From positions 310,001 through 374,000 of the forward strand of contig OY253679.1 in NCBI GenBank assembly GCA_958009085.1: DNA of 64,000 nucleotides, written 5' to 3'. Below the pieces are notes generated by a model. It was not told the DNA's origin and did no database searches. It worked only from the letters and a program-made list of their open reading frames with translations. The DNA comes from Protoeuglena noctilucae (lineage: Eukaryota). This document shows, in pieces, positions 51,353 through 63,726 of the stretch; the stretch's first letter is position 1, and each line of letters begins with the position of its first letter. The translations under genes and the position numbers were made by a program.

Positions 51353-52716
51353 ATGCAGGCCGTGCGGGCGCCCCTGTCCACGGGGGCGCTCATCGCGGGC
51401 AGTCCCACCACCTCCCGCGCATCTCCCAAGCCGCTCGCGCGCATGATTCTTGCGGATATCCCCACTTCCTCGCCTTGTAAAGCGGCGCTCGTCCCTTCGC
51501 CCCTCGCGCGAGGGCCCCGAGGAGCCCGGGTCGTGCTTGCCCGCTCCGCTGAAGCCGCCGCGGAAGGCCCTCCGGACGGGTGACTCGCAGTTGCCGGGAG
51601 CCACATTCGGGCTTTGTCTGCCCATCGGCAGCAGGGTGTCGCGGCTAGCGGCGGTGGTTCGCCGCGTCGGCTCCTCGCAGCAGCGCCTCCGATCCCTCCC
51701 GCCCCCGCAGCTCCGCCGCCGGGCTGAAGCGGGCCGTGGGCATCGCGCTCGTCGGAGGCATTGCGGCCGCACTCGCTGGCATGTACGCCTACGCGGGCTC
51801 CATCGCCGGCGTCCGGCAGCTCCTCTCCCAGTCGGGCTTCTCCGCAGCCTTTGCGCTCATCTTCGTCTCTGAGATCGGCGACAAGACCTTCTTCATCGCC
51901 GCACTCCTGGCTATGGAGTTTGGTCGCTGGCTTTCCTTCCTCGGTGAGCGGGCGAGCGATTGGGGCGCCGGGGCCGCGCCAGGCTGCGCCGAACGTCGCA
52001 TGCAACGTGCTGAGCATTCGCCGCGCAGGGACCATGTCGTCGCTGACTCTGATGACGGTCATTTCCGTGGGCATTGGAGTGCTGTTCCGCAACGTTCCGG
52101 AGGCGCTGAAGACCTCCGCGCCGGTCGGGGAATGGCTCTCTGTGGCGATGCTCCTTTGGTTCGGCATCCGCACGCTCCAGGCGGGGCTTGCGAGCAAAGT
52201 CGAGGACGGCGAGGAAGTAAGAGAATGATACTCGCAGTTCGCGATCTCTCCTGGCCGCTGCGGGGCGCGATGACCGTCGCTGCGGGCCCTTGCAGGACGG
52301 GGGCGAGCTGGGGGAGGCGCAGGAGACGGTGGAGCAGCGGAGGGCGAAGCTCGTGAGCGGGAACAAGTCGACATGGACGATATTCGCGGAGGTGGCATCG
52401 CTCATCTTCGTCGCTGAGGTTCGCGGCGCGAAAGGGGCCCGCAAAGCCCGCTCTCCCCGCCACTAGCATAATGTCCTCGTATCTGCCTCCGCCGCAGTGG
52501 GGAGACCGCTCCATGCTCGCCACTGTGGCGCTGGGGGCGGCGCAGAGCCCCGTGGGAGTGACGCTGGGCGCCGTCGGGGGCCACGCGTTGGCGACGGTGC
52601 TGGCGGTGCTGGGGGGATCGCTCATCTCGCGCTATATCTCCGAGCGCATGATCTCCATCATCGGGGGCGCCCTCTTCCTCGTGTTCGCCGCTGCCACCGC
52701 CGTGGGCCTCTTCTGA
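51353..52716 (+). CDS. GDT1/UPF0016 Mn2+/Ca2+ transporter, chloroplast PAM71-HL/CMT1 type
   Basis: Transit peptide; IFVSEIGDKTFFIAALLAM and AE|WGDRSMLATVALGAAQSP (the two ExGD motifs). Confidence 0.92.
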
Positions 52717-52939
52717 CGCCACGGCGGGCGCAGGACGCAGGCAATCGACGTGTCAGATGATTTAAGCCGCGATTGAAATCCGGCTTGGCACGACGCAAAT
52801 TGCGCACTATGAGGTTCCAGACACCCGTCACGGAAGACCGTTTGCGCATAACTCTGCACTACGGCCCGCTAGGGACCCGCACTGCGCACACTCTTGGAGC
52901 GACGAGCCCGGACAGGCAAGCTCCCCCGGCCTACCGGTC

Positions 52940-55900
52940 ATGGGCGGAGTCAAGAACTTAGAGGCCAAGAAGAAGGCGGCGAAAGTTTTTGCGAGCGCAG
53001 GCGGCGGGGGGACGAAGGCGAGGCTGCGGCCAGGCATAGCAGCCGGGTTGGCGAAGAGCGCGCGCGGAATCGGCGGCGCGGGATCGGATAGGGTGCAAAC
53101 GACGTAAACGGTGCTACTTGATCCATCGCAGGGCCCCGCGATCCTCGATAAGCGCAACCAAGAGCTCCCTTGCCCGCACTGCAACCGCGTCTTCAAGCAG
53201 AAGCAGCGGCTCGACCAGCACGTGCAGAGCCAGCACGCGGACGAAGCCGCACCGAGCAATGCATCCGCGAAGCCCGCCGAGGCCGGGCCGTCCGGATCGG
53301 GCGCGAGCGCGGCCCCCAAGCCCCAGCTCTTCGATGTGGGCTCACGAGGGGGCTTCTTCACGCAAAAGACGCCGCGGATGATGCTGCACGAGGTGATGTG
53401 CGCGAGCGTGGAGGCGATGCCACGACATGCAGCGCAGCGGGCCTGTAGAGGACCTCCTGCGCGTCGATGCAGCCAGGGCAACCTCGTGAGGACTTCAGAC
53501 CAAAGACAACATCCATACCCTGTCCTCTGGGACTGCGCAGTAATGCCGTGTTTACCAATTCTATAGTTCCTGTTTTCACCTCTACCTCGCCGCTCCCCCA
53601 ATGCAGTGGTGCCAGGGCCAGAAGCGCCCGACTCCGCGCTTCAAGCCCAAACAGGAGCCCGACGGGACGTGGAGCTGCAAGGTGGTGCTGCCAGACATCA
53701 AGGACAAGGATCGTGATGTGGTGGTCTTCTATGCCGGACAGGGCAAACCGGGGGCGCCCGATGAGGGCGAGGCGTTGCAGCGGGCGGCGGTGGCGGGGCT
53801 GTTTGCGACGCAGGGGGACCGGTCGCTGGAAAGGGTGCTGCCCAAGGAGTACGTGGACCAGTGGCTTGCCTTGGGGGAGGAGAAGAAGGTGGGGGTAGTG
53901 GGGGTAGGGGTGGCTAGGTGGGATGAGTTCGGGGGGTGTAGTGAGGGAGGGTGATGGGTGGTGGCGTGGCTGGGTCATGTAGTGGGCAGTGCTTCGTTCA
54001 CGTCTATCGTATGCCATCTCCTGTCCCTCGCTCGCCCTTCTGGGGCCAACCCTTGTCCCCTTGCATCGCTGCTTACTCAGGAGAGGGATGCGAGAGAGGA
54101 GGGGGGGAGAGAGTGCGAGGCACGCAGGGCCGAGGCCGAGAGGCGGCGGTTGGAGAGGGAGAGGCAGGCACAACGAGTGTACCTGAGCGCGGATGCGGCA
54201 GCGACAATCGAGGACAGCTTGAGAGGGGCGGGCATGGTGGAGGGCGGGGTGGCGGCGGGGGTGGCAGTGGGGGCGGGGGCGATGGTGGAGGGGCTGGGGC
54301 CGCTGGTGAAACGACTGCGGTGAGTGGGGAGTCGGGGCGGTGGTGATGCGGTTGCAGTGAGTGGGGAGTGGGACTGTGGTGGTCAAGTGCTGGCGTAAGT
54401 GATGAGGGCTGGTTGTCTCACACCTGCCATGGTCTAATCATCTTAAACTTTTCACCTGCATCGTCGCAGTCAGTTGGGATTCGAGGAGCGAGACGCGGCC
54501 AACGCCGCCGCCGCATCGGCAGCCACCGACCGAGCGACCGATTGAGCGGAGGGGAGCGCAAGTGGGGACATTGCCACCACATCCCTTGCACCGCACCCCT
54601 CCGACGCGGCTGCGTTTGAGGCGGCGCTGCAGCGGGCGGTGGAGTGGGCGTGCGTGCACGTGCCAGAGGAGCGTTTGCCAGAACAGTTCGCGCCGGTGTC
54701 GGGAGGCAAATCACGGGTGCGGGGCGATGATGTGGGGCTGTAGGGTTGCATGGCTGCGGTGAATGGTCCGTGACTGTCAGTGTCAGTCACGACTGTCGTC
54801 CTGTCTCCTACCCCATGCGCGATCAATGGTCACAGTCGCACCCCGATAGGCATCGCTCTCGCCATCTCCTCACCCCCTCCCCTCCCCAACCGCCGCAGTG
54901 CTGCACTGGTCTGGGGGTGCTGTCAGAAACGCAGGCGTGGGTGCCAGAAAAGCGGCAGCCGGGGACGGGCCCGGCACTGCCCTGGCGGCGGCTCTCTGGC
55001 AGTGCAGATATGAGGTGGGGGAAATTCGCAAGGCAGTGGGTGCCCTGCGGAGTCACGGGGTGGTCATACCCGGGGACGGTGTTGAGCGTGGCAACAAGGG
55101 TAGCGGCGAGGGTGGCAGTGGGGGTGATGGCGCTGCTGCAGATTCCGGCTGTGTGCTCGTGGCCTGGGCTGCTGGCGTGGCTGCGTGCGCGGGCGAGGGT
55201 GACGGTGACGGTGCAGCGAACAACGCGGTGGCTGAGGCGGTGGGGCGTGTGAGGGCGTACCAGGACGGTCTTAGTAAGGGCGATGGCAGTTGCAGTGCTG
55301 AGGGTGGCGACTGGCCTGGGGAGGCGTGGGCAGACGACACGGCAGCACTCGTGGCCATTTTCGGAGACGAGGCGGTTGTCTCCTCGAATGGACTATCAGT
55401 GCGGGTGACGTTGGACGTCATTGGGGACGCTGCGGCGTCGACGGGGGGTGGTGTACTGGCACCGACTCTGACGCTGGCGCTGCCAGAGGGCGCGTGTTAC
55501 CCAGACCACCCCCCGGCGGTGCTGCTGAGCGGCGTGGGCGTCGGCGCGGCCCGGGTGGTGCTGCGCCGCGTGCTGGCGCGCGCGCGCGCGGGAAAGGGTG
55601 CGCCGATGGGGTTTGACCTTGTGACCGAGGCGAAGGAGGCGCTGGCGGTGGCGAGGGAGGGCGGGGATGGGGCGGGTGTGGGAGAGCGCGAGGGGGCGGG
55701 CGAGGGGTTGGAATGGGGAGATGGGGCTGTGTCAGTGGCTGGCTCTGTGGCAGGGACGAGCACAGTTGGGGCGAGCGTGATGGATGGCGACACAGTGGTA
55801 TTGGACAGTATGGAAGACATGGCTGCGGACTTGTCTGAGGAAGACGAGGGAGATGGGGTGGATGAGAGGGGGAGGGCGGGCCGTGGGCGAGGGAGGGGGG

Positions 55901-58900
55901 CGGGGAGGCGTGAGGTGAGCGGTGTGGGTAGTGAGGGTAGTGAGGGTGGCGAGGGTGGTGGATGGGTGATGCGGGTGTTGTACCATGCAATCACCTTGCT
56001 ATTGACTGTTGCCCATTAACACACGTCACGTTCGCAACCCTGCCACCCTCGCCCGCCCCCTGCAGCCACCCCGCGCCACGCCCCGCCCCCCGCTGCCGTC
56101 CCGGGTGTTCCCCCCGCGCCCCGCCGCTGACGTCGAGGCTCAGAGTCGCGCCTTGGAGACCCACGCGCAAGAGTTGGCGAGTTCCGCAAAGCACGCATCC
56201 ATGCGCGCCACCCGGGCCGCCCTGCCCGCCTCCCGCCACCGAAACGACGTTCTGGCGGCGCTGGGTGCCAGTCGCGTGTGTGTCGTGACGGGGGGCACCG
56301 GGTGCGGCAAGTCGACGCAGGTGAGGGGGGTGATGGGTGTGGGGGGGCTGTGGGGTGTGAGGTGGGTGATGGTGTGCAAAGGGTGAGGGTGAGGTGATAA
56401 GGGCTGTGAGGTGGGGGCTGTGAAGTGCGGGGTGTGTTCTCAAGTGCTGTGTAGGGTGTGACCAGGGGCAGAAGAGTTTCTTACACCTCACTCTGACACA
56501 AGATCCCTGCACTCTTCCCACCCCCCCAGGTTCCCCAGATGATCCTGGAGCAGGCCATCTCCGCCCACACGGGCGGCGCATGCGGCATCGTCTGCACCCA
56601 GCCGCGCCGCATCTCCGCCGTCGGACTGGCGGGTAGGGTAGCCGACGAGCGGGGCGAGCGTGCGGGTGCGACAGTCGGCTACGCTGTTCGTCTCGAGTCT
56701 TGCCGCTCGCCCTCCACCCGCCTCCTCTTCTGCACCGCGGGGGTGCTCCTGCGGCAGATGCTGGACGAGGGAGCGCTGGATGGCACCACGCACGTGGTAG
56801 TGGATGAGGTGCACGAGCGATCGATCGATTCTGACCTTCTGCTCTTGCTCCTTAGCGACGTCCTCACCAAGCACCGGTCCCTGCGCATCGTCCTCATGTC
56901 AGCCACGGCGGACGCGGGGGCGTTCGCTGCCTACTTCGCCCCCACGCTCGCTGCGTTGCGCGAGCCGGCGCCCTCGGCAGTGGAAGTGCCCGGGTTTACC
57001 CACCCCGTGCGGGAGCTGTTTTTGGAAGATGTGGTGGAGCTGACGGGGTTCGTGGTGGGGAAGGGGTCGAGGTGGGCGAGGAAGGGGGAGGGCAAGGGTG
57101 GGGTGGCGGAGTTGGATGCGGGGAGTGCGAGGGAGGGGTCTTTGGCTGGGATGGGGGGTGGTGGGGGGGGGGGGGCAGCAAGGGTGGTGGTGGTGCTGGC
57201 GATGGGGTGGGTGGCAGTGCTAAGGGTGGTGCTGAGAGCGGTGGTGGTGGTGATGGTGGCGTGGCTAGTAAAAGTGGTTACTCCGAGTCGACTTGTCGGT
57301 CGATGGCGAACATCGACGAGGCCCGCATTAACTACGATTTGATTGAGGCGGCGGTGGCGACGTGTTTGGAGCGGATGGGGAGCGAGGGGGAGGATGCGCT
57401 GCTGAGGGGGTGGGAGGGGTATGAGGTGAGAGGGAGAGAGAGGGATGGGGGGTGTGTGGATGGGTGAGAGAGAGGGATGGTGTGTAACTGGGTGACAAGG
57501 GCACACTTCCACGGCACACAGACAGACATACACACCACCGCCCCTCCCTCCCCACCACACCCACCCACCACTGCCACCCCCACCTCACCGCCCGCAGCCC
57601 CCCAAGGCCACCCCACCCCCCGGCTCCCTCCTCGTCTTCCTTCCCGGGGCCGAGGAGATCTCCCGGACCGCCCGGGCCCTCTCATCCTCAGCTGCCGTGA
57701 AGAAAGCAGCGGGGGTCGATGAGGGAGGGCGGCCCAAGCTGTGGATACTGCCTTTGCACGGCTCACTGCCAGCCTCGGAGCAAGCCAAGGTGTTCCGGCG
57801 CCCACCTCCCGGCTGGCGCAAGGTGGTGCTGTCGACGAATGTGGCGGAAACCAGTGTCACGATTGATGACGTGGCGGTGGTCATTGACACCGGTCGTGCG
57901 AAGGAGATGAGGCACGATGCCGTGGCGGACCTGGCGAGACTCGAACTGCAGTGGGTATCTAAAGCAGGCGCGAGGCAGAGGCGGGGACGGGCGGGGCGCG
58001 TGCGGCCGGGGGTGTGCTTGCGTCTCTTCAGTCGGACCTTCACGTGGCCGGGGATGGACGACCACCCCGCGCCGGAGATGGTGCGGGCGCCGCTGCAGCC
58101 GCTGTGGTGAGGGGCTGGTGGGTGGTGGGGGGGTTAGAGGGAGTGGGGCAGTTGTGGTGAGGTGCGGGGGGTAATGGGGTTGTGTGGTGTGGGTGGGGCA
58201 GGTGATGTGCGGAGTTGAGTGGGGAGCGGTGGGCAGATTGTGCATGAAGGTCGAGCTTACACACTTGACCTGCATTCTCTCAGCCGATGTCCTCTTGTGC
58301 TATCCATCCCACACCCCTCTCACCCTCTCTCACCCCCTCTCACATCCACTCACCCCCACTCACCACCCCACTCACCCCCACTCACCCTGTATCACATCCA
58401 CTCAACCAAACTGACCCCCACTCACCCAACCCCACTCACCCCTCACCCCTTCCCCCACCCCCCCCTCCAGTCTCCGCGTCAAGGCCTCCGTCCCCCACAC
58501 CTCCGTCGCCGCCACCCTCGCCCGCTCCCTGACACCCCCGGACCCTTCAGCTCTCTCCCACGCCCTCGCATCCCTGACCACGCTCGGTGCGATAGAGCCA
58601 TGTCAGACGCCTAATACTGAACGCCTCACCCCCCTGGGCCACCACCTGGTGAAACTGCCAGTCGACCCTCACGTGGGCAAATTCCTCATATATGCCGCGC
58701 TGCTGGGGGGGCTGCCGGACGCCGCCACCGTCGCCGCCGCTCTGGGCTACGGCCGGCCCGTGTTTCTGGCGCCGCCTGATGCCAGAGAGGCTGCGTCGAG
58801 GGCCAAGGCGGCGCTGGCGGGCGCCAGTCGTAGCGACCACTTTGCGACGGCCGAGGGATTCCGGAAATGGGAGGCGGCGAGGAGAGAGGGGGGGCGCGGG

Positions 58901-60001
58901 GCGGCGGCAAGAGTGGCGCAGGTGAGCGGGGTGGTGGGTGTGGGTGTGGGTGTGGGTGTGTGGGTGGTGGCAAGCGGGGTGTGCTTGTGGCAGACAGCTT
59001 CTCGATTGGCCCTTTCCATTCGCAATAGCAGGAGTGTTTCTTGTCGGACCAGGCGATGGAGCACGTGAGCAAAGCACGATCGGACCTGATTCGTGCTGTG
59101 AGGTCACTGGGACTGGACGCCAGCGAGGGGGCGGGGGCGGAGGAGGGGGCGTCCCAGAGGGCGCGGGTGCTGGCGGCGGCGCTGGTGAGTGGTGGGAGCG
59201 AGTGAATGTGGGAGTGGGAGTGGGTGGGGGTGGGGGGTGAGAGATAGCGATGCGGGAATGGTATTGGTGAGATTGTCACCACTTGACACAAGACACCGAC
59301 CTGTGTTTTGTAAGGAACCCGCTCCACCCTGCCGTCTCATGCAGTGTGCGGGTTTCTACCCCAAGGTGGCCCGCGTGCAGCCCCCGCCCCCCAAGTACGT
59401 CAGGCTGCGGGAGGGGGTGGTGGTGGAGCAGGAAGACCCGGTGAGTGTGGCAGGGGATGAGTGTGGCAGTCGATGAGTGGGAGTGGCGGTGGGGGTGCTG
59501 GGGCATTGCTGGCACAGGACGAGTGCCCACACCACTCAGTACCACTCACACATCCCCTCTCACCAACCCTGTCCCCACCCCCTCCTTTCCCTCCAGGACG
59601 CCGCAAGGAAGATGAAGCTCTTCACGGCGTCCGGCCACCGCCGCGTGTTCGTGCACCCCTCGAGCGTCAACTTCACCGCCCCGCGGTTCGAGAGCCCTTA
59701 TTTGGTGTACACGGAGCTCGTCGAGACGTCCAAGGCCTTCCTGCGGGACACCTCGATGGCCCCCGTGTTCGCCGTGCTGCTGTTTGGGGGGGCGGTGGTG
59801 GCCGACGCGGTCAAGGGCACGCTGCGTGTCGACGGGTGGGCCGAGTTCCGTGCGCCCGGCAAGGTGGCGGTGCTGGTGCGCGAGCTGCGGGCGGAGGTGG
59901 CCCGGGTGCTCCTGGCGAAGATCCGAGACCCGGGGGTGCACGTGGGGGGCCACCCCGCGCTCGCCACCGTCATGCGACTCGTCTGCCGCGACGGGCAGTG
60001 A
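52940..60001 (+). CDS. DExH-box RNA helicase, DHX57/DHX29-like (C2H2 finger, dsRBD-like, UBA-like, RWD, helicase core, HA2, OB fold)
   Basis: CPHCNRVFKQKQRLDQHVQSQH; GGTGCGKSTQ, CTQPRRISA, DEVHER, LMSAT, VFLPG, STNVAETSVTIDD, QRRGRAGRV, VFVHPSSVN. Apparent frameshift in the G-run at 57163-57175. Confidence 0.92.
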
Positions 60002-60509
60002 GTCAGAGCCTGAGTGGGGGGGTCGAGGTCATACCTATGAGAAGGGAATGTCTTGTGTTTATCGGCAATGACTAGGTGCTTGACTGAGGGGCTGTGGCAG
60101 GGGCAGTGGCCTGAGCGGTGGGGCACTGGTCGCAGACGCGGCCGTTGCTGATGAGTTTTTGAACGAAGCGGGACCCCATGAGATGCGGCCCATGCCACTG
60201 CGTCACGAACGGAAGGCACCGCACAGGTCCAAATCACCTTCCCTGACCAGCGACCGTCCTTGGCCCCCGTTGAGGCACCGGCACCCTCACCTGCCCTGCC
60301 AACACAACCCCAGCCGATCTAACATCAGTAGACGACGGCCGTTGTTTGGGATCTGATACCCGACTGGTGGAGCTGGCGAGCTATGTTGCTGGTCGCCATC
60401 CGCCAGCCATGCCTGCTCCTGCAAGCTCTAGCTGGCCGTCGGGGGCGGGCCCAGCCTGCCCCAAAGTCGGACCGGCACCGCCAGAAACATGCGCGACATC
60501 GAAAATTAG

Positions 60510-61306
60510 GGGTTGGCGGGGCCATCGAGTGGGTCCTCGAGCCTCATCGGCGCCCCACTGAAGTGCCCGTCCCCATTCCGCTTAAGCAGTACTCGGTCGG
60601 ACATGCGGTGGGGGTGGCCTTCGACCGGGCCACCATCACCTCGCGGCTCGCCCGCAAGGTGGAGCAGTGGTCCCGGGCCGGGGCGCTCGGGGAGGCCCAG
60701 GACGGGCCGGACGGGGTCACGGCGGCGGGCATGCATGCCGCTCTCAAGACCATCAACGCTCTCCCCCTGTCTCCGCAGATGCACGAGGCGCTGTGGCTGA
60801 CGCTGGCCGACGCGCGTGCCACCGCATCGCACTGCTACTGGCTCGACCTCACCACGTGCCCCCTCCTCCGCAGGGACGGCGAGCAGTGCTCCCACGACGA
60901 CACGGTCGCCCACGCCTTCTGGGCCTGTGACAGGGCCCAGGAGGTGTGGGAGACGGACAAGGCGGCCGCGCGGGTTCCGGCCCTCTCGGCGCGGGCGGTG
61001 TTCCACCTGGTCCCCCCTCCCTCCAGCCGTTTCACGCATTACTCGTGGGCGGTCATCGTGGGCGCGGCTTTCAAGCTCATCTGGAGGCGCCGCCAAGAGC
61101 TTCGGGAGAACTGGCGCTCCCCGTCGGCGCCCGCAGGCCTCTATGTCCAGCTTGGCACCATCGTGGCAGCCGAGGTCCAAGACACTCTGGCTGTCACTGG
61201 GGCAGGGCGCCTTGCTGCTCTGCTGGGGGAGCGGGGGGACCGGCTCGTCCCCGCCCACGCAGATGGCGGCAGGTTCGAGTGGGGAGGCTTCCCGGCTGCC
61301 GCGTGA
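60510..61306 (+). mobile_element. 5'-truncated non-LTR retrotransposon (L1/Tx1-type), ORF2 C-terminal zf-RVT region; 5' boundary approximate
   Basis: Intronless: YSV..W..LSPQMHEALWLTL..CPLL..QCSHDDTVAHAFWACDRAQEVW..WAVIVGAAFKLIWRRR, matching the zf-RVT CCHC finger. No RT or endonuclease present. Confidence 0.85.
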
Positions 61307-62171
61307 TCTGCCGTGAGGGTCCGCATGGCAGGTCCGCGTGGGAGGGTGTCCCAGGGGCGGTGGCAGCCGCCGCGCAGGTAAGTCCCAGGTGAGGCCGCAA
61401 CAGGTGAGGGCTCGCCAGCGTATCCCATGGCGCCCTGTGCATGCATCGCTCTGTCATGGCGCAGCTATGCAGCTTCTGCTGGCAGGGGGCGTGATAGGCT
61501 GCCACGGCAAAGTGCGCCCCACCGGGTCTGCTAGATGGCACTCCTGTGATGGTGTGGGTAGCCTGCTCCCGCATGCGCGGGACGTGGTGAGCACTTCACA
61601 TTGCGGTATCTCCTGGACGTGCAGGAGTTCAAGGTCGCCGGCCCTCCAGGGTTCTAAAGCCCGGGTTCGGCCCCGCGGGACAGCCGGCTGCCCGTCGGCG
61701 CTCGTCTCGGGGTGCCCGCAAGGAAACCTCGGGCGGGCGCCGGCGGGCGGGGGCCTAGCAGAGTCGGGGGCGGTGGCCGAGGGTTTCACGTCATGTTCGG
61801 AATGTTGGTACGGCTTTGGCGCCCCCTTGTGGGACAGAGCGGGGGACCCAGGTCCCCGAGATCCGGTCCCCCCAGTCCCTTGGGGCTGCCGCTGCCTTCA
61901 CCGCACGCGTTCAGGTGGCCTAACGACGCTGCCGCCCTCGGGACGCTTTGCAAAGCCCCCACGCACTCTGGGAGTGTGGTTCCCAAGGGGCCAGTGGGGG
62001 GGTTCGCCCCCCTGTGCCCGGCGCTCTTGGCTGGTTATGATGACCCCGAAGCCGTGCTCAGTGTTCACGAGGGGTGTGCGCACCCTCGTGCCGCGGTTGA
62101 CCCACGCTCTGACCCTGCCGGTGTCAGACGTGTTCGGGCTGAACCATGACGCCTTGAGTCTTGGGGGGGGG
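61307..62171 (+). ncRNA. Putative highly structured RNA (probably the LINE 3' UTR, or a captured ncRNA)
   Basis: At least 8 hairpins, including a 22-bp stem with G-U pairs capped by a GCAA tetraloop (61691-61747) and a G6-UUCG-C6 hairpin (61997-62012); ends in a G9 run. Confidence 0.5.
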
Positions 62172-62453
62172 ATCAACGCTCTCCCCCTGTCTCCGCAGAT
62201 GCACGAGGCGCTGTGGCTGACGCTGGCCGACGCGCGTGCCACCGCATCGCACTGCTACTGGCTCGACCTCACCACGTGCCCCCTCCTCCGCAGGGACGGC
62301 GAGCAGTGCTCCCACGACGACACGGTCGCCCACGCCTTCTGGGCCTGTGACAGGGCCCAGGAGGTGTGGGAGACGGACAAGGCGGCCGCGCGGGTTCCGG
62401 CCCTCTCGGCGCGGGCGGTGTTCCACCTGGTCCCCCCTCCCTCCAGCCGTTTC
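62172..62453 (+). repeat. 282-nt direct copy of LINE segment 60752-61033
   Basis: Identical by eye from atcaacgctctcccc to ctccagccgtttc. Confidence 0.95.
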
Positions 62454-62552
62454 GCGTCGACGGGTAGCGCCAGTCCTCCCGAAGCTCTTGGCGGCGCCTC
62501 CAGATGAGCTTGAAAGCCGCGCCCACGATGACCGCCCACGAGTACTGCGAGA
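62454..62552 (-). repeat. Inverted, slightly diverged LINE fragment (reverse complement of about 61032-61130)
   Basis: 62454-62544 matches the reverse complement of 61040-61130 with 3 substitutions; encodes SQYSWAVIVGAAFKLIWRRRQELREDW versus THYSW..ELRENW. Confidence 0.9.
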
Positions 62553-62837
62553 TAATATTTATCAAGAGTTACTGACATATAGCACTTGTTGCACAAAGTT
62601 CACGCTCAGCTGCCCGGTTATAAGTTTTTTTTAAAGCACACCGAATTTGACATGAAATTCACTTTAACTTACTGGGTTTACAGAGGGTTTACAGAAAGGA
62701 ATTGTCAGGCGAGGGCACCATGTTACCCAGCTTATCATCATTTGCAACATATCCAGCAAAGAGCTGAAGATGAGAGGCGCCGCAGATAGGATGGGCTTGG
62801 ACAGCACAACACAAGCCACTGTAGCCTGGACTTCAGG

Positions 62838-63726
62838 CTAGTTGGCGTCGGTGAGCTTGTACAAGTACTTGCGCAGGTCCCGTGTGTTTTTGGAGCCCAG
62901 GGGGAACGTGAAGCCCTTGCGGTCGAGGCTGTTGGGCCTGAGGAATGGCGTGCCGTCGTCCTTGGTCTCCATGTGCACGACCTTGGAGGGAGGGGGGGGG
63001 AGGGCGGGGATGGCGCCCTGAGGCTGGGCCTTGTTCGCGGCAGCCAGCCGCTGGACCTTGGCCATCTGGAGGGGGCTGAGGCGCGAAGAGGGGGAGAAGG
63101 CGTGCCCCTCGGGCGCGCCGTACGGGTGGATGGCGAGGCCCAGCACATGGTAGCCGTGCTCTTCCCACACCGCCTCGGCCACGCGCCTCGGGGTGACGGT
63201 GCCCCCGCAGCCACGCAGGCGCTGGGTAATGCACGCCTTGGCCTTCTGTAGCGATTGGAGAGGAGACAGGGCCGTTTGGCAAACTACATTGTGGGAGAGC
63301 GTGCTGGTACACATGATGCCCTGACGTTGCACTGCATCTCCATCCCACCCACTCACCCCTGCGTGCTCGCCATCGTCCTCCCTGCCGTCGAGGGTTGGCT
63401 TGAGTTGAGGGCATGCCAGGGCACGCGCGTGCACCTTGCCCTCGACGAGGTTGGCGATGCGAGCGCCGACACGCCCGCGCCAGAGCCCCAGGATCACTTG
63501 CAGCCCGCCCTGCCGCTTGAGAACAGTCTGGAGGGTAACGCCAGTTCCCAACGGTTCCCCGTCCTCAGACAGGAAGTACTTGTCGGCGAATGGCGTCAAG
63601 CCAATTTCGGTGAAGGCCGTCAGGGCTGACGCGACGCAGATGCTGAACTGCACGCTCTCGTATCCCTCGATGCTGTTGATGTCGTGAAGGTAGCTGATGA
63701 CGGCATCGGCCATCTCGTCAGCGAGG
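62838..63726 (-). CDS. Unknown protein, 5'-truncated by the gap; probable intron 63246-63356
   Basis: Open frame with coding-like composition, GGG|GTGAGT donor and CTACAG acceptor, TAG stop, and two TGTAA motifs about 150 nt downstream (near 62678 and 62689; TGTAA is the chlorophyte polyA signal). Confidence 0.55.

Noticed and set aside
57163..57175. Frameshift in the DExH helicase exon (programmed frameshift or pseudogene)
   Set aside because: It falls in a 13-G homopolymer and all helicase motifs are intact, so a sequencing error is most likely.
61355..61395. Resemblance to the SRP Alu domain or the RNase MRP AGGAAAGUCCCC motif
   Set aside because: Only short partial matches; no SRP helix 8 or convincing P4 partner seen. 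An Rfam search is needed.
61636..61770. HDV-like ribozyme
   Set aside because: A gccggc/gccggc P1-like pair exists, but I could not assemble P3/L3, P1.1 and J4/2.
61338..62507. 389-aa ORF as a second LINE protein
   Set aside because: A chimera of non-coding-looking structured sequence read into the duplicated zf-RVT fragment.
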